This document shows, one piece after another, positions 38,634 through 48,856 of a stretch of DNA of 64,000 nucleotides. Numbering within the stretch: the first letter of the stretch is position 1; each line of letters starts with the position of its first letter. Source of the stretch: Candidatus Thalassarchaeaceae archaeon (lineage in GTDB: Archaea; Thermoplasmatota; Poseidoniia; Poseidoniales; Thalassarchaeaceae); contig JASMFB010000001.1 of NCBI GenBank assembly GCA_030751995.1, positions 122-64,121 of the forward strand. Reading direction: 5' to 3'. Below the pieces are notes generated by a model. That model saw only the letters and a list, made by a program, of their open reading frames with translations. It made no database searches and was not told where the DNA came from. The translations under genes and the position numbers were made by a program.

Positions 38634-40693
38634 CCTTCAATTCGCAGATTCCGTCCACATCCACCGCAGGGTATACGCACTGGGCGTTCAGTTGTTTCAA
38701 CTGGATTTGAAGTGTTACAAGCGGGACAATCCACAGTTGGAATATCTCTCGTTAACGCCTTTTCATAATCCTCTGAAAGAGATTCACCCCCAAGTACCCA
38801 ATCACCCTCATGACGAGGCGAGATTATGGCCAAAGGCATCATCAGTACTGCGCATGCAGTGGCGATTCCAAGGACGAATGTTGGGGGTAGAGCAGAAAGG
38901 GCGTAAACATAACTCATCATTCCCGTAAAGGCGAATGAAGAAATTCCCACTATCCATCTTGAACGATTCCAAGTCAATTTAAGTCCCACGACAATTCCAG
39001 ACACAAGTAACAATATTGTGGAAAGCAAGGTCACGAATGGTGAGAATAACGCACTTCCAGCCACAGTATATTCTACCTCAAATTTATCATCGTCAGAAAG
39101 GCCATCAATCTCGATTGTCACCACTTCTTTCAAACCGACTCGATAGTGTGTCACAGTCATGTCTTCTGGGAGATCTTCCTTGATGACACTAAACAGCCCA
39201 GAGAACGCACTTGTGGTCAATTCAACACTCAAATCGACAGAGGGGTCTCCATTCATTGTCCAAATTCCATTTCCGAGTTGAGGGCGAATGAAATCAGAAA
39301 TGAGCATAATACGTTCTTGCCCAGTCAATGCTAGGACCACATCAATTCGAATTCGCATTGGCGCATCATCGATTCCTGAAACTCCCATGAGGTCAATCAT
39401 TACCTCTGGGTTCATATCAAACAAATCTGCTTCAAACAATCCATCAGGATTGAGCGCTAATCCAGTATTTCCTAAGAACAATTCAAGATTCCTTGTACTA
39501 CTGTCAATGTGATTCAACAGTGCCTCTCTTTCCACGTCATCTACCTTGCCGTTTTCTCTCAGTTGAGACGACCCTGTAAATTCTTGAATCTGAGTGAACA
39601 AATGATCTGAGGGCAACGAAGAATTGCCAATGTTATCCATCCCCCAACGCAACCAAGATGCCATTGAACCTTCAATTTCAAATTCCACGGTCCGTGTAAT
39701 ATGAGTCCCATCATACTTCACTTCAATGTCAACATCCAGTCGACTGCTCACAGCTCTTGCCGGCTCGCCGAAGTGATAACTTTGGGTGCCACCACCTTCT
39801 TCAAATGTGATGTCGTGATTCCTACCGGTTGTCAGGGGGACATCTCCTCCATTCAACCAGATGGACAGATTAATCTGGTAATTTCCATCGGTTGGGTTTG
39901 AACCTGGATTCCAAACAAACGGAACTTCGACCCCTCCGGAAACAATACTCGGTGAACGGACATCTGAAATGACGATGCCACCAATCTTGAACTCAAATTC
40001 TTCCAATGAAGACCACATACGCTCTCCAAAGCCGGATTTCAGTATAACGGGGAAGAAAACCTCTTCTCCAACCACCAAAGCATTCGGCATTTCGATTGTC
40101 ACTAACGGAAGGGTTGCACGTAAGGCACTCTCTGTATCCTCGCCCCAAATGAATCGAATCGATGACTCATCTCCGGGTTGTGTGAAAAGGATACTCCTCA
40201 CCGAAAAAGTCACTTCAATTACATCATTCATACTGATTGCAACCTGGGGAATTTCAATGTCGATTCCGACAAGATCATTTCCCGACATAAATGCTCCAGG
40301 GGTGCCACTTTCTGCTGTGTAGAGATTATTTCCAATCAACACATCAACGGTTGCATTGGCGTACACTCCTGCTGCATTCTCTACTTCGTAGGCGATATTG
40401 AATCTCCATGTCGATTCAGCCATCGTTGCACTTTCTTTCCAAACAATACTCCATGTTGCAATTTCTTCAACACCTTGTACTGATTGGCTGACACCTTTTT
40501 CATTAATTCCGACCAATTCATTCTCAAACGGCGTCATAGTTGCTTCGTTGTTCTCACCGATGAGGAAGAGATCAAACTCACTTGGTCCACAACAGACAAT
40601 TTCAGCCGATGCAGATGGGACACTGAGAGGAATCATGGCTGCCAGTAGTAGAAACATGAGCCCGTAAGCACTGCGAGACTGGCGAGCCTGCAT
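38630..40693 (-). CDS. Secreted/membrane protein with about 3 C-terminal TM helices and a terminal zinc ribbon
   Basis: Start moved to ATG 40693, 29 nt after ttcaagtc; this removes the overlap with gltX. Signal peptide, large ectodomain and CPAC...RIPCGGC. Confidence 0.75.
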   Translation of the reverse strand: MQARQSRSAYGLMFLLLAAMIPLSVPSASAEIVCCGPSEFDLFLIGENNEATMTPFENELVGINEKGVSQSVQGVEEIATWSIVWKESATMAESTWRFNIAYEVENAAGVYANATVDVLIGNNLYTAESGTPGAFMSGNDLVGIDIEIPQVAISMNDVIEVTFSVRSILFTQPGDESSIRFIWGEDTESALRATLPLVTIEMPNALVVGEEVFFPVILKSGFGERMWSSLEEFEFKIGGIVISDVRSPSIVSGGVEVPFVWNPGSNPTDGNYQINLSIWLNGGDVPLTTGRNHDITFEEGGGTQSYHFGEPARAVSSRLDVDIEVKYDGTHITRTVEFEIEGSMASWLRWGMDNIGNSSLPSDHLFTQIQEFTGSSQLRENGKVDDVEREALLNHIDSSTRNLELFLGNTGLALNPDGLFEADLFDMNPEVMIDLMGVSGIDDAPMRIRIDVVLALTGQERIMLISDFIRPQLGNGIWTMNGDPSVDLSVELTTSAFSGLFSVIKEDLPEDMTVTHYRVGLKEVVTIEIDGLSDDDKFEVEYTVAGSALFSPFVTLLSTILLLVSGIVVGLKLTWNRSRWIVGISSFAFTGMMSYVYALSALPPTFVLGIATACAVLMMPLAIISPRHEGDWVLGGESLSEDYEKALTRDIPTVDCPACNTSNPVETTERPVRIPCGGCGRNLRIEG

Positions 40694-40727
40694 GGCGTGG
40701 CGACAGCGAGATTCGACTTGAACCTCA

Positions 40728-40745
40728 CGCACGCGCGCGCGTGCG
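40728..40745. repeat. Perfect 18-bp alternating purine/pyrimidine palindrome
   Basis: cgcacgcgcgcgcgtgcg is its own reverse complement. It lies between the gltX stop and the TATA-like box of the next gene. Confidence 0.85.
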
Positions 40746-40748
40746 AAT

Positions 40749-42491
40749 TCAACCATGTAGCCGAACGAGGAGCCGAGCCCCGTTTTCATCAATGCCCTCA
40801 AGGATTGCGAACCCCATTCGTTCAAGTTGGACGACAGTTCCATCTGGATAATCATTGATTTCCAATAATCCTTCAGCCACCACCAATTCACCCTCTTCTT
40901 CAAGCAGCAATACGGCTGGTTGTGCCATGTTGCTGGGTAGCCAATGAATAATCGGGGTGTTACCATGGCGTTCAATGTTTATGATTTGACCCACCCACCC
41001 TCTACTTACCTCTTTTTTATGGTTGATTGCAATGTCTGCAAAATCCTTCAAACGCCTCGCTTCACGTGAGGTGAAATCTTCGAAAGCAATCTTCACCTTG
41101 AGTGGACTATCCTCAAGTGGCCATTCACGAACGCCCTTGTCTGGATGTTCGGGGTGGATTGGCAGAGTGACTTTATCCATCTGGATTTCAGTGATGTCCA
41201 ACTCAATGGTACGTGGATTACTCACAAATGATAGTCGTGGTGCTTCTGCATCGACCGCCTTGGCGTTGAGGCTGTTCAGCGTCGACATGGGGACTGAGAT
41301 ATCCTTCTGTGTTAGGCCCAGATCAATCCAGAATTTCCTCATCGCCCCAGCGTCATATCCTCGTCTTCGCAGTGCCCTGAGTGTCGGCAGGCGAGGATCA
41401 TCCCATCCAGTATATTGGCCAGCTTGAATGTCTTTTTTCATCTGTGATGTGCTGAAACCACCGAACTCATGCACCTTCACTCGTCCCCAGTACATCGTTT
41501 CAGGGTATGTCCATCCGAACTTTTCGTACAGCAATGTTTGCTTTCGTGTAGAGTCCATCAAATCCTTCCCTCGCACAATATGTGTCACACCTTGGAGGTG
41601 GTCCTCCACAGCGCTTTGGAAATCAAGCAATGGCCAGACTTTGTATCTGTCACCTACCAATGGGTGGTCGGCATGTTGAATCCGCAAAGCCGGCCAATCC
41701 CGAAGAGCTGGATTGGGCAGTGTCATATCAGTCTTGATTCGAACGACGGCTCCACCAGGTTGAATGGTGCCATCATTCATCTGGCCCCACATATGGATAT
41801 TATCTTCTACCGCTCGATTTCGACATGGACATTCGGTTTTTGAAATTCTGAATTCCTTGAATGCATCACTAGAGCATTGACACACATAGGCGTGATTTTC
41901 AGACAATGTCTTGGCCGCATAATCAAGGTACACTTCCATTCTGTCTGATGCGCGTAGTATTCTATCTGGAGCCCGTCCTGCAAGCCAGGTAAAATCCTCT
42001 TCAATCAATGCGTAAGCTTCCGGGTCGGGACGTTTAACCACAGAATCCGTGTCATCAAATCGAAGGATTACTTCCCCATCGTACATTCGTGCCAATTCAG
42101 CATTGATGACCACGCCCCTTGCATGGCCCAATGACAATGGCCCATTGGGATTCGGTGCAAATCGGAGAACGACATTCCCTGACTCGGCATTTGGCAAGGG
42201 AGGAAGACCTTCCCTCCGTTCCTTGACTTTCTTCTCCAATGCATCTGGGGATTCGTCTTCTAGAATCGAGCGAATATGATCTAATCCTTTCTCTGTAGCC
42301 AAGGCATTGGCTTCAGCAACTTGGCTAGCAATGAATCCAGTCAACTCTTGTGCTCGAGAGCGCAAATCAGGATTTTCACCCATCACTCTGCCCATGACAG
42401 AGCCGACCTGACCCTGCCCATCGTACTCAAGTGCATTCTGTAGAGCATACTTGCGCAGTAGTGAAACCACCTCTGGTTCAAGTTCGCCCAT
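40749..42491 (-). CDS. gltX: Glutamate--tRNA ligase (archaeal type)
   Basis: RFAPNPNGPLSLGHARG (HIGH-like), RFDDTD, THIVRGKD, FSTS (KMSKS-like) and GWDDPRLPTL. Confidence 0.97.
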   Translation of the reverse strand: MGELEPEVVSLLRKYALQNALEYDGQGQVGSVMGRVMGENPDLRSRAQELTGFIASQVAEANALATEKGLDHIRSILEDESPDALEKKVKERREGLPPLPNAESGNVVLRFAPNPNGPLSLGHARGVVINAELARMYDGEVILRFDDTDSVVKRPDPEAYALIEEDFTWLAGRAPDRILRASDRMEVYLDYAAKTLSENHAYVCQCSSDAFKEFRISKTECPCRNRAVEDNIHMWGQMNDGTIQPGGAVVRIKTDMTLPNPALRDWPALRIQHADHPLVGDRYKVWPLLDFQSAVEDHLQGVTHIVRGKDLMDSTRKQTLLYEKFGWTYPETMYWGRVKVHEFGGFSTSQMKKDIQAGQYTGWDDPRLPTLRALRRRGYDAGAMRKFWIDLGLTQKDISVPMSTLNSLNAKAVDAEAPRLSFVSNPRTIELDITEIQMDKVTLPIHPEHPDKGVREWPLEDSPLKVKIAFEDFTSREARRLKDFADIAINHKKEVSRGWVGQIINIERHGNTPIIHWLPSNMAQPAVLLLEEEGELVVAEGLLEINDYPDGTVVQLERMGFAILEGIDENGARLLVRLHG

Positions 42492-42514
42492 AGGGCGAAA
42501 CCGCCCGCAGGCCG

Positions 42515-42522
42515 TTTTTGAA
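42515..42522 (-). promoter_or_regulatory. TATA-like box (TTCAAAAA), 31 nt before gltX
   Basis: Positionally conserved motif. Confidence 0.5.
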
Positions 42523-42532
42523 CATGAGGGGC

Positions 42533-43261
42533 TCAGAATAGGGTCCGCTGCGCGTTAGGCGGGGCATCTGGGTCGACCGACCTAACGGGGGCCGATTCAT
42601 TGTACACCTGTTTCCATGCATCCTTGACAGTCATCCAACCCCATCGGAGACAATCGTGGGGGGCTTCGCCATCAATCAGTTTTGGAAGGGCTGCAATCGT
42701 CTTGGGGTCCGAGGGATAACCTGACCCCAATTCAATACCAATTTCAGATGAAATTGCCCGTATAGCTTGGTCGCGGGCGACTTTGGCTAGGATAGATGCG
42801 CCTGCGACTGCCAAACAATGCAAGTCGGCCCCGTGTCTACTGTCCATCGTCCAACCTTCCCATGGCCAATCATTGAGGCGATTGGCTACATTGTTTCCGA
42901 ATCTCCCTGCATCCACATCACATGCGTCCAATTGGAGTACACCCCCTCCCTCAACCTTGAATCTTCGAGCCAGTGATGCAAACAAACTGACTTCGTGATC
43001 ATTGAGATTTGTCATAGCCATTGCGCGGTCGATATCAGCAGGTTGAGAAATACACAATTCAATTTCCCACTCTCTGTTCTCAGCCTGTTCTCGAATCCAT
43101 CGATCCAACTCTTCTCGTTTTGATTTCGAGAGCAATTTAGAATCTGTCACTCCAACATCATGCAGCAATGAAAGGTCTGATTCTGGCAGGCACAGTGCGC
43201 CGACTACCAAGGGCCCAATCACGGGCCCCCTGCCTGCTTCATCAATCCCTATTCGCCACAT
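42533..43261 (-). CDS. rnhB: Ribonuclease HII
   Basis: GIDEAGRGPVIGPLV, DSKLL, DACD, ASILAKVARD and GSGYPSDP. Confidence 0.96.
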   Translation of the reverse strand: MWRIGIDEAGRGPVIGPLVVGALCLPESDLSLLHDVGVTDSKLLSKSKREELDRWIREQAENREWEIELCISQPADIDRAMAMTNLNDHEVSLFASLARRFKVEGGGVLQLDACDVDAGRFGNNVANRLNDWPWEGWTMDSRHGADLHCLAVAGASILAKVARDQAIRAISSEIGIELGSGYPSDPKTIAALPKLIDGEAPHDCLRWGWMTVKDAWKQVYNESAPVRSVDPDAPPNAQRTLF

Positions 43262-43269
43262 ACAATCCC

Positions 43270-46200
43270 TCACAAATCCAAATCGAGATTGTCATCTTCT
43301 GCATCCCCCTTCGATTTTGATGGTTCTTTACGCGGATGACGAACGGTTCTCCCTGGCATCGATTCGGCCGGAGAAAATGCTTCATTGGCTTCGTGAGGCG
43401 CTGAAAATTCTAGTAATTCTTCAGCCAAACTATCAATCACATCATAGTCGGCCCTTTCATCATGATGCTCAAACACCGTGTGGGCTGCTTGCATGACATC
43501 ATCGGAAGGAGTTGATCGTTCTTGTTTAGATTCAGATCTCATCTGGAAAGCTAATTTGAATGCGCCCGCATCCATTTCGGGGCTGCGAGAAACTTCTGGA
43601 ATTTCGACATTCTTCTCACTGAATTTTTCCATCCAATCACCCACTTTTTCAGGCTCTTGATGCCTTGAAGCAATCAGTTCGGACCATTCAGAATCCTTTC
43701 GTTGACGATAAACAACTGCGCGATGTAGGACAACAGCGCCCACCATGGTCACAATGATTGAGATTAGAATTTGATTCCAGTCATTCCAGAATGATTGGGC
43801 ACTATCGACGAATTCATCCCATGCACTTTCCCCTTCGATGTTCTCCGGGGGCCAATATTCGGCGAGTATTTCGTATTCAGTACGATTGGTGAAAATGATG
43901 CTAGGTTCAAGCGTACTACGAATCTCAACAGTAATTGTCGCTGTCCTATTCAATTCTTGATCAATAGGCAATTGCATCCATGCCCTGAAGGTCACCGTGG
44001 CGTTCGGAGCGATGTCGTGGACGATGAAATGATTGGCCGTCCATTCACCAATCTCCCAATCACTTGAAAATGGGGGTATCAATCCATATTCAGCGAAAAT
44101 ATTTGTTGATAATGTGACATCCAAACCATCGTCGGCATTGCCTATGTTTCTGAGTGTGTATGTTAGTGTAATATTATCCATATCGTCCATCGTGATGTAT
44201 TCGGATTGAATCTCCCAATTGATGAGGGTGGCGACCTCAATCGTTGTTGAGGCAGTACTCATCTCAATTCCATCTCCAGTCATCAATCTAAGGGTCGGAG
44301 ACAATTCGAATCCTGCGGGCAATCCATTCTCGACGATGTAGATGACGCCTACATCTGTAGACATTCCAGGTTCTAGATTGAACACGGTTCGAGCCACCTG
44401 CAATTCGAGAGAGTCAGGTAATTCCCATTCTATTTCGTAATCATCCAGATAATTTCCCGTATTTTGTATTCTGAATTCACTTGTGCAGAGATCGCCTGCA
44501 TCCATCAGCGCACAATCGTTATCGAGGAAATGGATGGTTGCACTCCGCTCTCGTAGAATACTCACTTCAACCATCGTCGTAGAGATTTGTTGGCTAGCCC
44601 CACTGCTCCACGTACTGAATTCCACCCACATCGTCCCCGTTGGAATGTTAGGAGCATTGAATTCCAATTGTACTGTACCTGTTTGATAGGGCCCCACATC
44701 TAGGAGGTTGTACAATTCCCAGATTTCAACGGACCACCCATTCAGGACGAATGAAATTGCGGGTTCATATCCTGGAATCGGCACCCCCTCGGCACTGACA
44801 GGTCGAACTCGAACGCCCATACTCTTCTCTTCATTGCCTATATTTCGAACTGTAACCGGTATGCGAACCTCCGTACCGGGGTCCAAAGTTGAATTTTCTG
44901 GCTGCGATACCAATTCAACTCCATTCCAAGGTAAGACTTCCACAGTAAACGTCCATGTGGTTGAATTCCCATCGTGTTGACTAGTGGCGCTGACAGTAAA
45001 CGAATGCTTGGAGCCTGCCAAGGGCTGCCCCATGGATATTTCTGGAACCGAAATGGCGAATTGAATCCAATGTTGTGAATCACTGTACATTTCCAATGTG
45101 TAGCCGTTGGCTGGATTCCCATCACCATAATTCCAGGATACGTCCCAACCTGTATCGGTATGGATGCGAATATCGGCGACATCTGAAAATGAAGCGTTAT
45201 TGGTGAGGTTGACTATGAATCCCGAACCACCTCCCGGTTCAATCAGGACATTGGTCCCATCAGAACTGCCGAACCAGAGATTGCTCCCATTAGTCTGGTT
45301 TCCTGGTGATGAACCATTGTCTCCTCCATTTGTTGATTGTGCATCATCTGAATTGAATGCCCAATCGAAGGCGGTGTTAATGAGAGACCCTTCGGGGAAA
45401 ATGGGGGCATGTCCCTCGTTCAATAATTTCCAATGTGCGATTCTGTTTCCTTGTGTGCAATTGAGATGCTCCTGATGCTGGGTCTCGTTGCTCTCAGTTC
45501 CAACCAAATCCAATGTCCTCACGAGCGTCGAGAACTCATCACATCCAGATCGCTCGGCCCAGAATGCAGCTCCACCGGGTGAAGAGGCATAGGACTCTCC
45601 GTAGAATTCTCCACCATTGTAATCTACCGTACTGTCAACGGTCCCATGGGCGTTGATGATATTAGGATATCCTGTGAGATTGCATTGACTGAAATCCCCA
45701 TATGTGGAACCGGCGAAATTTACGATGGTATGTATTTTATTTCCAGCATCACAAGCCATCCTGTGCGACATGAAGCCACCGTTTGAGTGACCAATTAGCA
45801 TTACACGTTCAGGATCGGCACCCCAATGGTTCACCGCAGTGTCAATGAGTGATGAGAGATAACTCACGTCGTCAATGTTCTGATTGTAAAAATCACAGCA
45901 AGCTGGTGGACCGTTCCAGAAATATTTTCCCTCTGGATTTTCTGTTCCAGTGGGTGTCAAAAGCAGATGGCGATTTTCGGTGACACTCGCCGGTCCTTGG
46001 AAATAGCCGTACACATACCCTGGGGAGTCTGAAAATCCGTGCAATGCTATGACCAATGGCAGCAGTTCATCCTCTGTTTGGTCGGCCGGAAATCGCAGTT
46101 CGGCTTGCCTCGAGAATGGACCAATCATCACGGTTTCGTTTTGCCATGGATAATTGTAGCCCAATGATCGATCAAAGATGACTGAATCTGCCGCCCACTG

Positions 46201-47022
46201 TAGTTGTAATCGGACATTCTCATCCAATCCAAATTGGTCCGGCAATCCGACGGAAGAAATTCCCGTAATGGTTGAATGCATGACACAAGCGGCCAGATAT
46301 GTGCCTAGTGTTGAAGGGTGAGAACCGTCACTGGAATACAGATTGTAGAACAGTGTGCCTTGGTCGGTGGGAGTCCCACCTTCTGCAACGATTTGATCGT
46401 AAATCGCCTTGTAGGCCAATCCAACGGGGGCTATGTATGGTGTGCGATTTGCAGTGGTGATGTTCTCAGCATACATGTTGTAACCCGATTCAAGGTTGGC
46501 CTGCATGGTGAGGTAATCTGGATTCAACCAAGCATTGTTGGAATCCCCATCTCGGTAACCCCATGTCATGAAAAAGATGGTTTCAGCACCAGCACTTTCA
46601 ATCATAGAATCTAGGCGAATGGCACCATTCTTGGAATTCTGCCACATGGATTCGGTGGTTGGGAAGGATGGGACTTGACTTTGATCTTGCAAGATGACAA
46701 ACTCATATTGGTTTGTGGTCAGAGCTGTATTCCACTGATTTCCAGAAGATTCAGCATTGTCTGCATGTTGATACAACTTCATGCCACCACCGGTCAAATC
46801 TGAAACACTCGCTGAAGTTCCCGATGCATCAAACAACGCCTGAACACGTGAACTCAAACTGTTCTGTGAGGTGTAGGAATTGCCCAACATCAGCACGTCA
46901 TAGGTGCCATCTTCAGCAGCCTCACGCGTAGGACGAGCCTCTTCGAGGCTCATTGTGACCGGTGCCCAACTCATCAAGAGCAAGGGCAACACAAGGAGTA
47001 GGGCCCGACCACGCATGGCCAT
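43270..47022 (-). CDS. Membrane-anchored double esterase: SGNH hydrolase + alpha/beta-hydrolase (PHB-depolymerase/LpqC-like) + Ig-like domains
   Basis: Signal peptide from ATG 47022. SGNH blocks GNSYT, LQDQS and DGSHP. Alpha/beta-hydrolase motifs PLVIALHG, WN..ACC, DDVSY, GHSNGGFM, HGTVD and GH. Then V.N.GN Ig repeats, TM and a ~140-aa tail. Confidence 0.85.
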   Translation of the reverse strand: MAMRGRALLLVLPLLLMSWAPVTMSLEEARPTREAAEDGTYDVLMLGNSYTSQNSLSSRVQALFDASGTSASVSDLTGGGMKLYQHADNAESSGNQWNTALTTNQYEFVILQDQSQVPSFPTTESMWQNSKNGAIRLDSMIESAGAETIFFMTWGYRDGDSNNAWLNPDYLTMQANLESGYNMYAENITTANRTPYIAPVGLAYKAIYDQIVAEGGTPTDQGTLFYNLYSSDGSHPSTLGTYLAACVMHSTITGISSVGLPDQFGLDENVRLQLQWAADSVIFDRSLGYNYPWQNETVMIGPFSRQAELRFPADQTEDELLPLVIALHGFSDSPGYVYGYFQGPASVTENRHLLLTPTGTENPEGKYFWNGPPACCDFYNQNIDDVSYLSSLIDTAVNHWGADPERVMLIGHSNGGFMSHRMACDAGNKIHTIVNFAGSTYGDFSQCNLTGYPNIINAHGTVDSTVDYNGGEFYGESYASSPGGAAFWAERSGCDEFSTLVRTLDLVGTESNETQHQEHLNCTQGNRIAHWKLLNEGHAPIFPEGSLINTAFDWAFNSDDAQSTNGGDNGSSPGNQTNGSNLWFGSSDGTNVLIEPGGGSGFIVNLTNNASFSDVADIRIHTDTGWDVSWNYGDGNPANGYTLEMYSDSQHWIQFAISVPEISMGQPLAGSKHSFTVSATSQHDGNSTTWTFTVEVLPWNGVELVSQPENSTLDPGTEVRIPVTVRNIGNEEKSMGVRVRPVSAEGVPIPGYEPAISFVLNGWSVEIWELYNLLDVGPYQTGTVQLEFNAPNIPTGTMWVEFSTWSSGASQQISTTMVEVSILRERSATIHFLDNDCALMDAGDLCTSEFRIQNTGNYLDDYEIEWELPDSLELQVARTVFNLEPGMSTDVGVIYIVENGLPAGFELSPTLRLMTGDGIEMSTASTTIEVATLINWEIQSEYITMDDMDNITLTYTLRNIGNADDGLDVTLSTNIFAEYGLIPPFSSDWEIGEWTANHFIVHDIAPNATVTFRAWMQLPIDQELNRTATITVEIRSTLEPSIIFTNRTEYEILAEYWPPENIEGESAWDEFVDSAQSFWNDWNQILISIIVTMVGAVVLHRAVVYRQRKDSEWSELIASRHQEPEKVGDWMEKFSEKNVEIPEVSRSPEMDAGAFKLAFQMRSESKQERSTPSDDVMQAAHTVFEHHDERADYDVIDSLAEELLEFSAPHEANEAFSPAESMPGRTVRHPRKEPSKSKGDAEDDNLDLDL

Positions 47023-47083
47023 GGGGTCAATCCGACCGCTATAATCGGTTGGGGTGGCCTGTGCATACAGTGATTCGCGCACC

Positions 47084-48847
47084 CTACAAGATTGGGTCCG
47101 GAATGAGGCGTTCCAGAGCATCGACAACAAACTCACCACAGTGAATCGGTACTTTCAATCCAAATAACTCGGATACCTCTGGATCTATTTCACCACAGCA
47201 TCCAACCCATTCACCATCGACCATCACCTTGGCCCCTCGGCCCTCCAAGTATGGCCCACCATCTGCGTCAGTCAGAGGTTCGTAATGGACATCACACTCT
47301 CGGGAGAACGCCCCTAGGTCGCGAAGTAGCGCTTCCACCATACCTTTCGCAGCCGTGAAACCAGTACCAACTTCGGCACAAGCCCAACCTACTCGGGTAG
47401 CATTGTGGTGGTCGCGAACGACAGTGCCTAGTTCGTATACACGCTGTGGCAATTCGTGATGCCTGTTAGCAGCCAAGAGATTGAGTAACGATGGCGTGAT
47501 ACTCTGGCGAAGGATGGTATGATCGACTGTGATTGGATTGTGAATCCCGGTCACAGCTGACGAGGCTTGATATCGAATCTTGGCGAATTGATCCACTTCG
47601 TTTGAGAGGGTCAACGAGGTTACTTGCTGCAATCCGTTTGCTTGTAGAGATTCTCTAATCCGTCTGTGGAGATGCGTTGAAGCCAGAGGAATCCCCGCCT
47701 TGGATTGGCCAGACAATGCTTGTCCCAGATCCTCGTAACCAATGCCTGTAGCCACCTCTTCTACCAAATCGACAGGATGAAGCAAATCGGCTCTCCACCG
47801 TGGCATTTCAATGATGTATTCCTGTTCGCCTACAGCCGCATCCGCCATCCTCTCAGCCGTCCGTGGGCCATCGGTTACTGTTCGCATCTCGATGAACCGA
47901 CCCCCCATTCTGTCAATGGCGTTCTTGATTTCGAGTTTAGTGAATTCTCGTCCAAGAATCTCTTCAAGTAATCTCTTCGGCAAAGAGAGTCGACGTGCTC
48001 GACCGTTTGGCGTTCTTTGAGTATGAGAGTGACAATCCGTGAGTTCGATGGTTTCAACCGTGCCTCCTCGAGCAGAGAAGGCTAGGCAGACCAGAAGTAG
48101 ACAGGCTTCACAAGCCCGCGCATCCCAACCGGTGACATCGATGAAGAAATCTGTCGTTGATTCGGTGACAGTCGTGTGATCTCCGTTGATGATAGGGGGG
48201 AATGAAAGCACCCTATCTGCTGCATCAAGAATGACTGGGAATTCAGAAAAACCCTCAAGCAGATGTGCATAATCCACTCCTTTTGGGTGAGATTCCAATA
48301 TATCGCGAATGCTCATTCGCTGAGTCATTGCGAGAGGGATGAAGGCGTAGTTTTCAGGTACAGTGACCACTCGGAACGGTGGCGCCAGAGTTGACAGGTC
48401 ATGCACTCCGATTGAGGCACGTCGTCGTCTCCTGCCGATGCTGAAATGCAATTTTTCCTGATGGTCCATCAGTGCTTGGATGAATGCATCGTTCTCTTCA
48501 GGTGTTGAACCGTTGTCCACCCCGCGAACCACGGCACCCAAGATAACTGGCCGAACCCTCTCAAGGCTAGCATCGACTTTCATCGTGATACTTCCATCGG
48601 TGGTTGCTAGGTCTGGTTCTGCCCCACCTTCATGCAAGAATGCTCGAGCAGCGTGCGCCATTGTTTCAGGAGATAGAAGATCGGCCCTATCTGGAAAAAC
48701 CTCAATCTCAATTTCTCTTGAGTCACATTCTTCGACTACACAACCGATGTTGCTGAGTTGTTGCTCCCACAACCAAGGATCATGCTCAATTCCGTGTCGA
48801 GACTGTATCGCGCGTAAGGTCTCATGGTCAAAGGTCACCGTTGGCAT
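47084..48847 (-). CDS. pheT: Phenylalanine--tRNA ligase beta subunit
   Basis: PDRADLLS, QEKLH..IGR.R...SIGVHD, SFPPIING, RADLLHPVDLVEEVA and GEIDP. Confidence 0.96.
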   Translation of the reverse strand: MPTVTFDHETLRAIQSRHGIEHDPWLWEQQLSNIGCVVEECDSREIEIEVFPDRADLLSPETMAHAARAFLHEGGAEPDLATTDGSITMKVDASLERVRPVILGAVVRGVDNGSTPEENDAFIQALMDHQEKLHFSIGRRRRRASIGVHDLSTLAPPFRVVTVPENYAFIPLAMTQRMSIRDILESHPKGVDYAHLLEGFSEFPVILDAADRVLSFPPIINGDHTTVTESTTDFFIDVTGWDARACEACLLLVCLAFSARGGTVETIELTDCHSHTQRTPNGRARRLSLPKRLLEEILGREFTKLEIKNAIDRMGGRFIEMRTVTDGPRTAERMADAAVGEQEYIIEMPRWRADLLHPVDLVEEVATGIGYEDLGQALSGQSKAGIPLASTHLHRRIRESLQANGLQQVTSLTLSNEVDQFAKIRYQASSAVTGIHNPITVDHTILRQSITPSLLNLLAANRHHELPQRVYELGTVVRDHHNATRVGWACAEVGTGFTAAKGMVEALLRDLGAFSRECDVHYEPLTDADGGPYLEGRGAKVMVDGEWVGCCGEIDPEVSELFGLKVPIHCGEFVVDALERLIPDPIL

Positions 48848-48856
48848 AAGAATCCC

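Noticed and set aside
40694-40975. Long N-terminal extensions in the ORF track (also 47023-47139, 33558-33668, 36532-36615, 27943-28035)
   Set aside because: They overlap neighbouring conserved genes. Downstream ATGs give proper signal peptides, family N-termini or promoter spacing.
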